From the NCBI GenBank assembly GCA_903825245.1, contig CAIJZX010000014.1, forward strand, positions 1,655 through 65,654: a stretch of DNA of 64,000 nucleotides, read 5' to 3'. Made by a program: the position numbers and the translations under genes. Below the pieces are notes generated by a model. That model worked only from the letters and a program-made list of their open reading frames with translations, was not told the DNA's origin and did not search any database. Source of the stretch: Candidatus Kerfeldbacteria bacterium (GTDB taxonomy: Bacteria; Patescibacteriota; Patescibacteriia; SBBC01; CAIJZX01). This document shows, in pieces, positions 9,743-20,501 of this stretch. Position 1 is the stretch's first letter. Each line of letters starts with the position of its first letter.

Positions 9743-10012
9743 TTATGCCGCTCTGACTTTTGCCGAAGCAGCTGCCTCTGCTCGCTCACGCACCCGTTGA
9801 CGGTGACCTTTGGCACCCTCATTCCTGGGATCACAGTAGAATTCCAGGGCTTCTTTCTGATCCGGTGAATGGCCGAGTACAAGCCCGGCAAAATACCGAT
9901 TGTCGTCGCCAAGCGCCTCTACAACTTGTTCGAGCAAATCGACCATCTGCTTGAGCTGCCTGTTCTCGCGCTGGAGAGCCTCCACATCAACCAATGGTTG
10001 AGCGGATTCCAC
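9743..10012 (-). CDS. Hypothetical coiled-coil protein (89 aa)
   Basis: AAGGAGG RBS before GTG; CCGGAG/CTCCGG hairpin with T-run downstream. Confidence 0.6.
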   Translation of the reverse strand: MESAQPLVDVEALQRENRQLKQMVDLLEQVVEALGDDNRYFAGLVLGHSPDQKEALEFYCDPRNEGAKGHRQRVRERAEAAASAKVRAA

Positions 10013-10110
10013 GGTGGCCTCCTTTTTTAAGGCTCAGGGGAAACACAACCTTTTATACTCTACTCGTCTCTCAAAAAAGGTCAAGTATTCCCATGTTACA
10101 GGCTCATGGC

Positions 10111-10370
10111 TTGACTAAAAGTCCCATTCATGATAGCCTGTCTGCGCTATCAAAACGTCGTGCTCAGCGATTAGCCAAGCGGTTAATCATTGCGCGTGAC
10201 TCCTCGAGTCGGCTCCGGCTGATCGACGAATCCGCATCCGAATCATCCGTTCTAGATTTCTAGAAATCTGATGATCGTTATCACTCATTACGGTTTTCCG
10301 CACGACCAGCAATAGTCGCTCTAGGCGAACCAGAACAACATCGCATCACCTTCGTGATGCACAAACAGCT
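10111..10370 (+). promoter_or_regulatory. Promoter and long structured 5' leader of rnj
   Basis: TTGACT-17nt-TAGCCT, then about 225 nt with GTCGTGC/GCACGAC enclosing several hairpins. Confidence 0.5.
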
Positions 10371-12137
10371 ATGGCTAAACGACCAAAGGCGCGCATGCGC
10401 CGGCCTGACGGACCAAATTATACCCGTCGGCCACAACCGAAACCGAAAGACGGCGAACGCGCTCCCAGCGAGAACGGCAACGTCTTGAAAATTATTCCGC
10501 TCGGCGGCAACGAAGAAACCGGCGGACGAAACTGTTCCGTTATTCAATACGGACGAGAACTCCTGATCGTCGATATGGGCCTCCAATGGCCGGAAGACGA
10601 CATGCCCGGCGTCGATTACATCATTCCTGATGTCAGTTTTTTGCGCGGCAAAGAAAAAGATATCCGCGGCGTGATTATCACCCACGGCCACTACGACCAC
10701 ACCGGCGGCGTCCCGCACATTATTCCGACCCTCGGCAATCCGCCAATCTACGCTTCGGACCTAACCTGCGCGATGCTCCAGAAAAAAATGGAAGACATCG
10801 CGCCGGAAAAGAAATTACGATTGAATAAAGTAAAATCACGCGACCGCATTAAGCTTGGTGCTTTCCGCGTGGAATTCTTTGCGCTCTCGCACAACATTCC
10901 AGGTTCGCTCGGCATCGCCGTCGAAACACCGGCTGGCCGCGTCGTCCACACCGGCGACTTCAAACTCGACTTGCACGCCCACGTCTCGAATCGCACCGAC
11001 ATCGAAACGATCAAACAGATCGGCGACAAAGGCGTCATGTGTTTGATGTGCGACTCGACGAATTCCTACGCGCCAGGACATCAAGTATCCGAAGAAGAAG
11101 TCGAGAAAAACGTTGAACTCATGTTCAGCCAAACAAAAGGCCGCATGATTGTCGCTACCTTTGCTTCGTTACTGTCTCGCGTCCAACAAATTCTCGTGGC
11201 CGCTGAACGACACAATCGCAAAGTCTTGGTTGAAGGCTTCTCCATGAAGACCAACATCGAGATCGGAAAACAACTTGGCTACATTCGTTGTAAACCGAAT
11301 ACTATCATCACCTGGGAAGAAGCACAGAAGATGCCGCCGCACGGGTACCTGATTCTCTGCACCGGCGCACAAGGCGAAGACAACGCCGCCTTGATGCGCA
11401 TCGCCAATCGCGAACATAAATATTTACACATTGAACGTGGCGACCTCGTCGTCTTCTCATCGTCCGTTATTCCGGGCAATGATCGCGCAGTATCACGCCT
11501 CAAGGATGGTCTATTACGCGAAGGCGCCTCGATTATCGACTCGAAAATGCTCGATATTCACGCCGGCGGACATGCGAAGCAGGAAGACATCGCCGATTTG
11601 ATTAAACTCCTGCGACCGAAGTACTTCATGCCAATCGAAGGCAATTATGGCTCGCTCCTCGAGAACAAGCAAATCGCTATCCGCGCCGGCGTACCGGAAA
11701 ATAATAATCTCATCGCCGACAACGGCCAAGTTGTTGAATTCCATTCCGGACAAGGATATGTCACGAGCGTTCGCCATCCGATCGAGTACGTCTTCGTCGA
11801 CGGCCTCGGTATCGGTGACGTTAACGCGCTCGTCTTGCGCGACCGAAAACAACTCGCTGGCGACGGCATGATTGTGGTTATCGCCCAAATTAATACTCGC
11901 GGCGGTAAACCGGGAAAAATCGATGTCATCTCTCGCGGCCTGACGCACATGAAAGAGCAAGGACGATTCATTAGCGGCATGATTGCCGTCGTAAAAAAGT
12001 CCGTGGCCGATAAAGAACCGCGCATGAAACCACAAGAAAAAGATTTGCGCGATAAAATCCGCCGCGACTTGGAAAAGTTTGTCTTCCAGCGCACCCATCG
12101 CCAACCGATGATCGTACCGGTCATCATTGAGGCATAA
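10371..12137 (+). CDS. rnj: Ribonuclease J
   Basis: IIPLGGNEE, ITHGHYDHTGG, HTGDFK, CTGAQGE, IHAGGHA, VDGLGIGDV. Confidence 0.96.
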   Translation: MAKRPKARMRRPDGPNYTRRPQPKPKDGERAPSENGNVLKIIPLGGNEETGGRNCSVIQYGRELLIVDMGLQWPEDDMPGVDYIIPDVSFLRGKEKDIRGVIITHGHYDHTGGVPHIIPTLGNPPIYASDLTCAMLQKKMEDIAPEKKLRLNKVKSRDRIKLGAFRVEFFALSHNIPGSLGIAVETPAGRVVHTGDFKLDLHAHVSNRTDIETIKQIGDKGVMCLMCDSTNSYAPGHQVSEEEVEKNVELMFSQTKGRMIVATFASLLSRVQQILVAAERHNRKVLVEGFSMKTNIEIGKQLGYIRCKPNTIITWEEAQKMPPHGYLILCTGAQGEDNAALMRIANREHKYLHIERGDLVVFSSSVIPGNDRAVSRLKDGLLREGASIIDSKMLDIHAGGHAKQEDIADLIKLLRPKYFMPIEGNYGSLLENKQIAIRAGVPENNNLIADNGQVVEFHSGQGYVTSVRHPIEYVFVDGLGIGDVNALVLRDRKQLAGDGMIVVIAQINTRGGKPGKIDVISRGLTHMKEQGRFISGMIAVVKKSVADKEPRMKPQEKDLRDKIRRDLEKFVFQRTHRQPMIVPVIIEA

Positions 12138-12183
12138 TGCCGCCAGACTTGATATTTCCCCTATAAACTGATACCTTCAGCCC

Positions 12184-13230
12184 ATGTCACGCATCCTCTC
12201 CGGCATCCGCCCCACCGGCACCCTCCACCTCGGCAATTACCTGGGCGCGATTCAGCAATGGATTGAGCTCCAAACAAAGCACGATGTGTTCTACATGGTG
12301 GCCGATTTACACGCCATTACCACGCCGTACAAACCGGAGGAACTGCAAAACAATATCCGCAACACGGTTTTAGATTACCTGGCGGCGGGACTCGATCCGG
12401 AAAAAGCCACGATCTTTGTTCAGTCGCACGTTCCCGAGCACAGCGAACTCATGTGGTTACTTGGCACGATCACTCCGGTTGGCGAGCTCCAGCGCATGGT
12501 GCAATTCAAAGAGAAGAGTGAACAACACAAGGACTTCAATCAAGCCGGCATTTTGAATTACCCGATTCTGATGGCCGCTGACATCTTGCTCTACAAAGCA
12601 ATGTCGGTGCCGGTTGGTGACGATCAAAACCAGCACGTTGAACTCGCTCGCGACCTAGCCAAGAAATTCAACCGCGAGTATGGCCAAACCTTCCCCGAGC
12701 CGAAAGCAATCCTCACCTCCGGCAAGCGCATTATGGATCTCGCTGATCCGGAACAGAAGATGAGCAAGTCGCTCGGCGGCGGTATTGGTCTCAACGACTC
12801 GCCGGAAGAGATTGCTAAGAAACTAAAGAAAGCGGTGACTAGCTCGGAACCGAAGGTCATTCGCGACGCGATGCATGCGGCGCAAAACAGCCATCGTGCG
12901 ACGATTGATGCTTGGACCGGCGACCCGAATTTATTGAAGCAATTCCACGGCGTCCGTAATTTATTTACCATTCTCTTTGCGGTGGCCGATAGGGATACGG
13001 CGGTCAAATGGCAAACCGCGGCGGAAGACGGCACGCTGAAATTCTCGGAATTCAAACCAGCCCTAGCGAAGGCCATCGCCGATCACTTCGCGCTGTTCCG
13101 CGAACGCCGCGAAGTTTTGGCTAGCGATACTGCCCACCTCGATGAAATTATCGCCGACGGCGCAGTCAAAGCCTCGATTGCCGCCAAACAAACACTCACC
13201 GAAGTTCAACAGAAAATGGGCTTGCGGTAA
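12184..13230 (+). CDS. trpS: Tryptophan--tRNA ligase
   Basis: SGIRPTGTLHLGNYLG, YPILMAADILLY, VPVGDDQNQH, KMSKS. Confidence 0.97.
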   Translation: MSRILSGIRPTGTLHLGNYLGAIQQWIELQTKHDVFYMVADLHAITTPYKPEELQNNIRNTVLDYLAAGLDPEKATIFVQSHVPEHSELMWLLGTITPVGELQRMVQFKEKSEQHKDFNQAGILNYPILMAADILLYKAMSVPVGDDQNQHVELARDLAKKFNREYGQTFPEPKAILTSGKRIMDLADPEQKMSKSLGGGIGLNDSPEEIAKKLKKAVTSSEPKVIRDAMHAAQNSHRATIDAWTGDPNLLKQFHGVRNLFTILFAVADRDTAVKWQTAAEDGTLKFSEFKPALAKAIADHFALFRERREVLASDTAHLDEIIADGAVKASIAAKQTLTEVQQKMGLR

Positions 13231-14003
13231 TGGCTGCTGGGACACTACCATCAAATACCCGACGTACACGCTCGATTGTTTTGTTTATTGTTGGCATCTG
13301 CCTCTTCTACGCCGGAACGCTGGCTTACAACCTGTTTCACATTAGTGATGTTTTTGCCTTTGGGAAAAACACCTCCCTTACAACCCAGTCATATAAGCCG
13401 ATTGCCCTAACTTTCGATGATGGCCCGAATGGCCAAGCTACAAGAACTATTGTCGACATCCTCGTCAAGGAACATGTTCCGGCAGCCTTTTTTATGGTCG
13501 GTAAGAATGTCGCCGCTGATCCGGCAACAGTCCAATACGTGGCCAATCATGGGTTCACCATTGGTAACCACACCTGGGATCATTCGTGGCAAGTACCAAC
13601 CATGACTCACAAACAGGTGACCGAGGAATTACAAAAAACAAGTTCGGCTATTCAGGAGACAACCGGTACAGCACCAGTGTATATGCGCTGGCCGCACGGT
13701 ATGCACAATGCTACGGACGACGTAGTAGCAACAGCATTGCAACTCCAACCCGTAGATTGGCAAATTGATCCACAAGATTACGCCACCAACAACGCTGATT
13801 TGCTCGCCGAACGAGTCGTCAGCCAAATACACGGTGGTGACACTATTTTGTTTCATGACGGATTGCAGGACGGACAATTTTCCCAGCTTCTGCAACGACG
13901 TCAAGCGACTATTTCCGCATTGCCAATAATCATCGCCGCTGTACGTGCTCAAGGATACACATTTGTATCAATAGAACAGCTAGCAGCGTTTCATCATCAA
14001 TAA
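13230..14003 (+). CDS. Polysaccharide deacetylase (NodB/CE4), membrane anchored
   Basis: ALTFDDGP, GNHTWDH, ILFHDG; N-terminal TM. Confidence 0.92.
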   Translation: MAAGTLPSNTRRTRSIVLFIVGICLFYAGTLAYNLFHISDVFAFGKNTSLTTQSYKPIALTFDDGPNGQATRTIVDILVKEHVPAAFFMVGKNVAADPATVQYVANHGFTIGNHTWDHSWQVPTMTHKQVTEELQKTSSAIQETTGTAPVYMRWPHGMHNATDDVVATALQLQPVDWQIDPQDYATNNADLLAERVVSQIHGGDTILFHDGLQDGQFSQLLQRRQATISALPIIIAAVRAQGYTFVSIEQLAAFHHQ

Positions 14004-14012
14004 GACTCATAC

Positions 14013-14852
14013 ATGGACAGCGAAACGGTTCGGGAATATTCCTCCTCAACCCTCGGTGACAAACAAGTAACCGTCCGTTATTGGACATACGGAAATCCGC
14101 AAGCACCGGCTATGGTTTTGCTCCACGGATTTCGTGGTAACCACCGCGGGTTAATTCTGCTCGCTCAACTTCTCCCCCAATATCACGTCATCATTCCCGA
14201 TTTACCGGGCTGGGGCAAATCCGACCCGCTGACTGTACGTCACGATTTTTCCAATTATAGTATCTGGCTACAAGAATTTATTTCCACCGTTGCCGGCGAC
14301 AACGTTGTACTTGCCGGCCATTCGTATGGCGCGGTTATGGCTATGCTCTACGCCACAAAACATAACGACGATCTTCAACAGCTCGTGCTGATTGAACCGG
14401 TACTTGGCGACCGGACAATATCAAATCGGCTCGGCCAGCTGTATTACCAAATTGCTGATCGCCTACCACGGCCGGTACAAAATTTTTGGATCAAGAATTC
14501 GGCGTTAAACCGCCTCACCACCGAAATCATGACCGTCACGAAAAATCGCGACATCAAACGCCGGATCGTCACCGATGAACAAGCAAACGTTCCACAGATT
14601 CGTGTCGCCGTTGAACTCGAAGCATTTCATTCTTTTTACGAAACAACGTTGGACGATGTGGCTCAGGCTATTCATATGCCGACACTCGTGATTGCTGGTG
14701 ACCGCGACCAAATGACACCGCTCAGTGCTACACGAAGATTCACCGAAAAACTTCCGCACGGCCGTCTTATTGTCCTTCCAGGCGCCGGGCATTTTGCGCC
14801 TATGGAAATACCGTCGGCTATCGCCCGCGCTATTGAGACGTCGTCAACCTAG
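14013..14852 (+). CDS. Alpha/beta hydrolase
   Basis: LLHGFRG, PDLPGWGKS, GHSYG nucleophile elbow, GDRDQ, GAGH. Confidence 0.92.
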   Translation: MDSETVREYSSSTLGDKQVTVRYWTYGNPQAPAMVLLHGFRGNHRGLILLAQLLPQYHVIIPDLPGWGKSDPLTVRHDFSNYSIWLQEFISTVAGDNVVLAGHSYGAVMAMLYATKHNDDLQQLVLIEPVLGDRTISNRLGQLYYQIADRLPRPVQNFWIKNSALNRLTTEIMTVTKNRDIKRRIVTDEQANVPQIRVAVELEAFHSFYETTLDDVAQAIHMPTLVIAGDRDQMTPLSATRRFTEKLPHGRLIVLPGAGHFAPMEIPSAIARAIETSST

Positions 14853-14915
14853 GGTTGACGTTTCCAAAGTAAAGTGGTAGCATCGGGCGCATACACGCCT
14901 ACTTCGCGTGACTCT

Positions 14916-16403
14916 ATGGTTCAAAAAATCACCGTTATCATCCCCGCTTTCAACGAGGAGGAGCTCCTGCCGCGTTGCTTAGCTGCGCTCGTGCCGCAAG
15001 CCGCTGCGCACAACGCAACAGTGCTTGTCGTGGACAACAATTCTACCGATCGAACGGCCGAGATTGCTAAAGCGGCCGGTGTTCGTGTCATCCATGAACC
15101 AAAACAAGGCGTCGTGTTTGCCTTGCAGCGCGGTTTTCAAGAAGCTACCACCGAGCTGGTGGCATTTTCTGATGCTGACACCATTATTGGACCCCACTGG
15201 TTAGCAACGATAGAAAAAACATTAGTCACGCCTGGCACCGTTGCCGTCACTGGTCCAGTACGCTTTGAAAGAATGCGATTCCTATCGTCGATCCGCTGGT
15301 TCTATCGTCATCAACTCCTTGGTAGTAATATGGCTCTCCGACGCGCCGACGGCGTTGCCGTTGGTGGTTTTAATATCAATTATAATCTCGCCAGCGACAT
15401 TGCTTTCGGCTGGGCGCTGAAAGAACGCGGACGCGTCGCCTACGCCAAAGACATGTCCGTCACCACCAGCAGTCGCCGCTTTCAAGCGCAGCCATTTCAA
15501 CAAGCATCGAGGTTTGTACTCAACCATATTTGGATGCTGTTGTTCCATGAACCGCTCTTTTGGCATTTTTCGAACATCCGTCGATCAGCCATAGAGCTCA
15601 ATCGCCAAGCCACGGTACGCTTCTGGTTGTGGACCATCGCCTTTGTCCTTATTGTCATTGGGTACTTAAGTTGGTGGCCGTCGTCATCGGCACTCGGCAC
15701 TATCACCGTTCGTGGCAACACCAAGAATCATGAAATCGCTCTCACGTTTGACGATGGGCCGAATGGTGAAGCTACACGCACAATTGTTGACACGCTCACA
15801 CAGAAACATGTCCCGGCGACGTTTTTTGTCATCGGCCAAAACGTCAAAGCCGATCCAGCCACTACCAAATACATCGCCGACCATGGGTTTGTGATTGGCA
15901 ATCATTCCTGGGACACGTCGTACGATCTGGCTTACGATACGCCGAACGCCATCGCCAGCTTTATTACCCAAACCAGCGACGCAATCACTTCCGCTACTGG
16001 TCAAACGGTAACATATTTCCGGCCGCCGCACGGCATACGTAGTCCACAACTTGTCTACGAAGCAAAAAAACAAAGTTTGCGCATTGTTGATTGGACGGTT
16101 GATGGTCACGACGCTATCAGTATCAGTTCTTCAACAATAATTAACCGTGTTGTTTCGCACGCCCGCTCCGGAAGTATTCTGATGCTTCGTGACGGAACGC
16201 CAGGTGCAACGACCACTGCGGATGTGAAAAGTCGTCAAGCCACAATTCAGGCCCTACCAACAATCATCGACCAGCTTCGCCAACGCGGGTATACTTTTGT
16301 CCCCCTCTCCGTATTACTACAAAAAACAGCACCAATCGACAAAGATGTTACTCTTTCGTTACTGCGGCGCTGGTTTTGGTCCAGGATTATGTCAAAAAGG
16401 TAA
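14916..16403 (+). CDS. GT2 glycosyltransferase fused to a degenerate polysaccharide deacetylase domain
   Basis: VIIPAFNEE, VDNNSTD, FSDAD, TSSRRF; TM; then ALTFDDGP and YFRPPHG. Confidence 0.88.
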   Translation: MVQKITVIIPAFNEEELLPRCLAALVPQAAAHNATVLVVDNNSTDRTAEIAKAAGVRVIHEPKQGVVFALQRGFQEATTELVAFSDADTIIGPHWLATIEKTLVTPGTVAVTGPVRFERMRFLSSIRWFYRHQLLGSNMALRRADGVAVGGFNINYNLASDIAFGWALKERGRVAYAKDMSVTTSSRRFQAQPFQQASRFVLNHIWMLLFHEPLFWHFSNIRRSAIELNRQATVRFWLWTIAFVLIVIGYLSWWPSSSALGTITVRGNTKNHEIALTFDDGPNGEATRTIVDTLTQKHVPATFFVIGQNVKADPATTKYIADHGFVIGNHSWDTSYDLAYDTPNAIASFITQTSDAITSATGQTVTYFRPPHGIRSPQLVYEAKKQSLRIVDWTVDGHDAISISSSTIINRVVSHARSGSILMLRDGTPGATTTADVKSRQATIQALPTIIDQLRQRGYTFVPLSVLLQKTAPIDKDVTLSLLRRWFWSRIMSKR

Positions 16404-16418
16404 TACTCTGCATTCAAT

Positions 16419-16460
16419 AATCAACCCGGCCTAATATCGGTCGGGTTGATTCTTTTTCTT
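16419..16460 (+). terminator. Intrinsic terminator between convergent genes
   Basis: AATCAACCCGGCC...GGTCGGGTTGATT followed by a T-rich run. Confidence 0.75.
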
Positions 16461-16464
16461 GTAG

Positions 16465-18252
16465 TTATTTCAGCGTGATGCTTGCCTTTGTCCACGACAA
16501 ACGGCTCAGCGCATACGTTACATCTCGGTACCAACCTTTTTTACTGCCACCATAACGCCAAACGTACGGCGTCTTCGTGGTATTCTTTATTTTTGTCGCC
16601 AATCCGTATTCGTTGGTATACATTTTGAGGAAGGACATCACCAGCACGCCCTTGCCACCGGCTGCCGTAAAGGTACTGAGTTTTTTCACGGCACCCTTGG
16701 CGGCAATATTATAGACCGTTACTTTCATTGCCGATGCTGTTGTAGGTGCAAACGCCACATAAATTGAGGCCGTCACCGGATTTGCCGCCATCGCGACTTG
16801 CACACCAGTGATACTCACATCTTTCAGCGCTGTCCGCGAAAGGAGTTTACCGTTAACATTATAAACGATCATCTCCGGTTTCTTGGTGGCCGTGCTGATA
16901 AAGACATAGTACGGCGCAGTCACCGCGTCAATGATCGCTTTCTTGGCAATCACCGCCCCGCGATACCCAGGAAACGGATTGAGTACGACGTTCTTTTTAT
17001 TGACCTTGATCGTATACGTGTTGTTCTTGAGTGCGATCGAGGCCAGTGTCGGCGCCACATACACGGTACGTGTTGCCATAGTTTCATTCCCAGCGCGATC
17101 GGTGACCACGTAGGTGAGAACATACTTGCCAACCTTTGCCGTATCCACACTTCCGGATACTTGCATACCGGTTCCACCAACATTATCGGTAATCGTTAAA
17201 CCAGGATCAACAAATGGTTTACCGGGTTGAATGATCTCCGTCGAACCGCCAACCGGAGCAACAACAGGCGGAACTGAATCCGGTTTCGAAACATCAACCA
17301 ATTGCAAACCACCTGTGTCGGCGGCTACATACGCGACATCATTAGCAATAGAAACGTTATGAACTATGCCGGTGCCCGTATACGTTTCAACATAGACTGG
17401 TGATCCGGTCGAAGCAATATCGTAAATTGCTATGCCGCCACCATTTTGGCCTAGAAAAACATAGCCATTAGAAATCGCCACACCCATTCCATAATTCGTG
17501 TAAGGAAATATCGATCGACTCTCAAACGAGACCGCCGGGCTCGCGGGGTTTGAGACATTTATTGCATGTAGACCCGATCCTATATCATTGATGTAAGCGA
17601 CTGAGCCAAAAACTTGAATACTGCTGTAATACGCATACGATATTGGATCTGTGTACGTACTAACAACTGCTAAATTCGGATAGGCGCTGATAATATCGAG
17701 TGTTCGTCCACCAACAACATATACATAGTTTGAAGAAAAAACCACATCTTTTGTGCCGTGCACAGTAATGGAAGATTTTAATACCGGCAAAGCAGTATTT
17801 GATACATCAATAACCTCAAGCACCGGCTGCCCGCTCAACGTCCCGAGAACATAGGCATACGAACCATTGCTGATAACATCTTGTACCTCTAGACCAGATT
17901 GCGAATATGAGCCAAGAAGTGATGGGTTCGTACGATCTGCTAAACTAAAAAGTTCAACCACTGATTTATCGGCTACAAAAAGTATGCCATTATTAATATC
18001 TACTCGTGTTGGCGTATCTGGAAGATTTACTGACCGTATGATACTTGGAGCGGCAGGATTAGCCACGTTGACCACCGCAATGCCGTCATGTGCATTTGCT
18101 ACATATGCATAGTTGTCAGCCACAATAACATCGTATGCATACCCCGGAATATCAATCGTGGATATCGTTTTATTTGTATCGGCATGCGTTGCTAACGGCA
18201 ACACAAAGAACACCGCGGAGGCGAACGTAAAGAGGGGCGATCGGATGCGCAT
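16465..18252 (-). CDS. Secreted LVIVD-repeat protein with DUF5011-like Ig domain and basic C-terminal domain
   Basis: Signal peptide, repeated YAYVA...GIAVVNVANP units, DPGLTITDN...VDTAKVGKYVLTYVVTDRAGN. Confidence 0.82.
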   Translation of the reverse strand: MRIRSPLFTFASAVFFVLPLATHADTNKTISTIDIPGYAYDVIVADNYAYVANAHDGIAVVNVANPAAPSIIRSVNLPDTPTRVDINNGILFVADKSVVELFSLADRTNPSLLGSYSQSGLEVQDVISNGSYAYVLGTLSGQPVLEVIDVSNTALPVLKSSITVHGTKDVVFSSNYVYVVGGRTLDIISAYPNLAVVSTYTDPISYAYYSSIQVFGSVAYINDIGSGLHAINVSNPASPAVSFESRSIFPYTNYGMGVAISNGYVFLGQNGGGIAIYDIASTGSPVYVETYTGTGIVHNVSIANDVAYVAADTGGLQLVDVSKPDSVPPVVAPVGGSTEIIQPGKPFVDPGLTITDNVGGTGMQVSGSVDTAKVGKYVLTYVVTDRAGNETMATRTVYVAPTLASIALKNNTYTIKVNKKNVVLNPFPGYRGAVIAKKAIIDAVTAPYYVFISTATKKPEMIVYNVNGKLLSRTALKDVSITGVQVAMAANPVTASIYVAFAPTTASAMKVTVYNIAAKGAVKKLSTFTAAGGKGVLVMSFLKMYTNEYGLATKIKNTTKTPYVWRYGGSKKGWYRDVTYALSRLSWTKASITLK

Positions 18253-18326
18253 AGGATTGTTCGTTGAGTATGTATTTAACTGCTTGTAGTTTAGCACAAA
18301 AAGATGTTATCGTCAATCACACACTG

Positions 18327-19094
18327 CTATTCTACAACACGTACTGTTTCTGTTTCAGCTAATACTTTTTTTAAAAAATGCCCCAGCTGACTACCGGAAC
18401 CGGTGGCCAGGTACTGACGCGTCACCGGTTCATCATTTCTTGCGTCACCATTCATGCGCTGGAGTTGCCGCGCAATCGCCTCGCCCGAATCCAGGACCGC
18501 CGCCGCATTACCGGCATAGTGTTGTATGAGTGATCGTAAAAATGGATAGTGCGTACAGCCTAAGATATACACATCGACACCCTGCCTCGCCAGCGGTTCG
18601 ATCACATCACGCACCGCGGCGTCTGCTTCGGCATCATTGATGTGCCCCTGTTCAACAAGCTCAACCCAACCCGAACACGCTTGATCGAGAACCGATACTC
18701 CGTCGGCAAACTCGTGTTTCAATTCGGCGTACGCCGGCGATGCTAATGTCCGCGCCGTGGCTAACACGGCGATTTTCTTGTTTTGTGATACGGCAACTGC
18801 CGGCTTTATCGCCGGCACAACGCCGATAAATTGGATGAATGGGAATTGTTCACGTAAAAACGTAAGCGCCGTGGTTGATGCCGTGTTACAAGCGACGACA
18901 ATTACCTGCGGTTTGTATGCCAGTAAATGCTGAATAGCGGTTAGAGCAAATTGTTGAACGTCGGCTTCGCTCTTCGTACCATACGGGAAATTTTTTGTAT
19001 CGGCAAGATAGACCGTCGAAACCAATGGCAAAATCCGTCGCACGTCAGCCTCGACACTTAACCCACCGACGCCGGAATCAAAGATGCCGATCAT
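18327..19094 (-). CDS. murI: Glutamate racemase
   Basis: IGIFDSGVGGLSV, VACNTAS, LGCTHYP. Confidence 0.97.
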   Translation of the reverse strand: MIGIFDSGVGGLSVEADVRRILPLVSTVYLADTKNFPYGTKSEADVQQFALTAIQHLLAYKPQVIVVACNTASTTALTFLREQFPFIQFIGVVPAIKPAVAVSQNKKIAVLATARTLASPAYAELKHEFADGVSVLDQACSGWVELVEQGHINDAEADAAVRDVIEPLARQGVDVYILGCTHYPFLRSLIQHYAGNAAAVLDSGEAIARQLQRMNGDARNDEPVTRQYLATGSGSQLGHFLKKVLAETETVRVVE

Positions 19095-19098
19095 GGTA

Positions 19099-20439
19099 TT
19101 ACCCGCGAATGAGCTTCAATAATTCTTCGCGCCGCTGTACCATTTCTTCTTTGGTCTTTGCTTCAACCGTCAAACGTAATAATGGTTCAGTATTCGACGG
19201 CCGAGCGTTAAACCACCAGGTTGGATATTCGACAGTGATGCCATCAATTTCATCGCGGATTGCGGCGCCGTAGACAGCTTTGATTTTCGCTAGCGTTGCT
19301 TGCACGTCGTCAACTTTTGAATTTACTTCTGCGTCATGGGCATAGACATCAATTTCCTTCACGAGTTCCGATAGCGGCTTTTCTTGGCTAGCCAAGAAAT
19401 CGAGACCGACAACCATCGCGTCTAATCCGGAATCGGCAAAGTAATGATCGCGGAAGAAGAAGTGGCCGGAAATTTCTCCGCCGAACGGCGCATTGTTCTC
19501 GCGCATCGCGGGCTTCATATGCGCATGACCGACAGCTGATCGAATCGGCCGACCACCCGCTTTGGTAATTTCTTCCGGCACCATGTGCGAGCAAATTAAG
19601 TTATAGACGATGGCCGAACCGGGATACAGTGTTAGAAATTGCTTAGCTAATAGCGTTAGCAATACGTCACCGAAAATACGCTCACCACGTTCATCAGTAA
19701 AAAACATGCGGTCGGCATCAGCATCAAATGCAACGCCAACGTCGGCCTTAGCCGCCAACACTGCCGCTTTCAAACCATCAAGTGCTCCCGGCGCTAACGG
19801 ATTTGGATTGCGACCGGGAAATGTACCATCCGGTACCGTGTTAATAGCTGACCACTCGAATGGCAATCGCGCCATGACATCGTTCAGAAATCGCGTTACC
19901 GTTCCGTTGCCCGGATCGACAACAACGCGTATCGGTCGTCCGGTAGAGGGCTGGTGAAAAGATAAAACTTGGTTCAGATAATCAGGTGTAATATCAAAGG
20001 TTTCAAGTTTTCCTTCTTGGTCGGCGACGTGCTCAAATTGCTCGCTACTTACTAATTCTCCTAGCGCGGTGTTTTCTTTCCCCACAATGGGAATGGCTCG
20101 GTCGCGAGTAAACTTAATGCCGTTCCATTCGGGCGGATTATGTGATGCGGTTACCATAGCGCCACCATCGTATCCGTATTTTCCTACGGCAAAATATAAC
20201 GCATCTGACGTGACGACGCCGATATCGGTGACATCAACACCCATACTCCGAATGCCGCGGATAACCGCTGCCTGGAATTCCGGTCCTGAAACGCGAACGT
20301 CACGACCTATAACGACACGCTTAGGCTTTAAAAACGTGACATAGGCTTTTCCAATCATTTCGGCGACTTCCGTGTTAAGGTTTTGCCCCCAAATACCGCG
20401 AATATCGTACGTTTTGAAGATGGATTTGTCGACTTGCAT
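19099..20439 (-). CDS. Phosphomannomutase/phosphoglucomutase
   Basis: YDIRG, TASHNP, FDADADR, GEISGH, RPSNTEP. Confidence 0.95.
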   Translation of the reverse strand: MQVDKSIFKTYDIRGIWGQNLNTEVAEMIGKAYVTFLKPKRVVIGRDVRVSGPEFQAAVIRGIRSMGVDVTDIGVVTSDALYFAVGKYGYDGGAMVTASHNPPEWNGIKFTRDRAIPIVGKENTALGELVSSEQFEHVADQEGKLETFDITPDYLNQVLSFHQPSTGRPIRVVVDPGNGTVTRFLNDVMARLPFEWSAINTVPDGTFPGRNPNPLAPGALDGLKAAVLAAKADVGVAFDADADRMFFTDERGERIFGDVLLTLLAKQFLTLYPGSAIVYNLICSHMVPEEITKAGGRPIRSAVGHAHMKPAMRENNAPFGGEISGHFFFRDHYFADSGLDAMVVGLDFLASQEKPLSELVKEIDVYAHDAEVNSKVDDVQATLAKIKAVYGAAIRDEIDGITVEYPTWWFNARPSNTEPLLRLTVEAKTKEEMVQRREELLKLIRG

Positions 20440-20501
20440 GGCGAATTCGGACAGTCAATAAGTAGAGGCAGTGTACCGTATTTCCGCCACATCGGAAAGT
20501 T

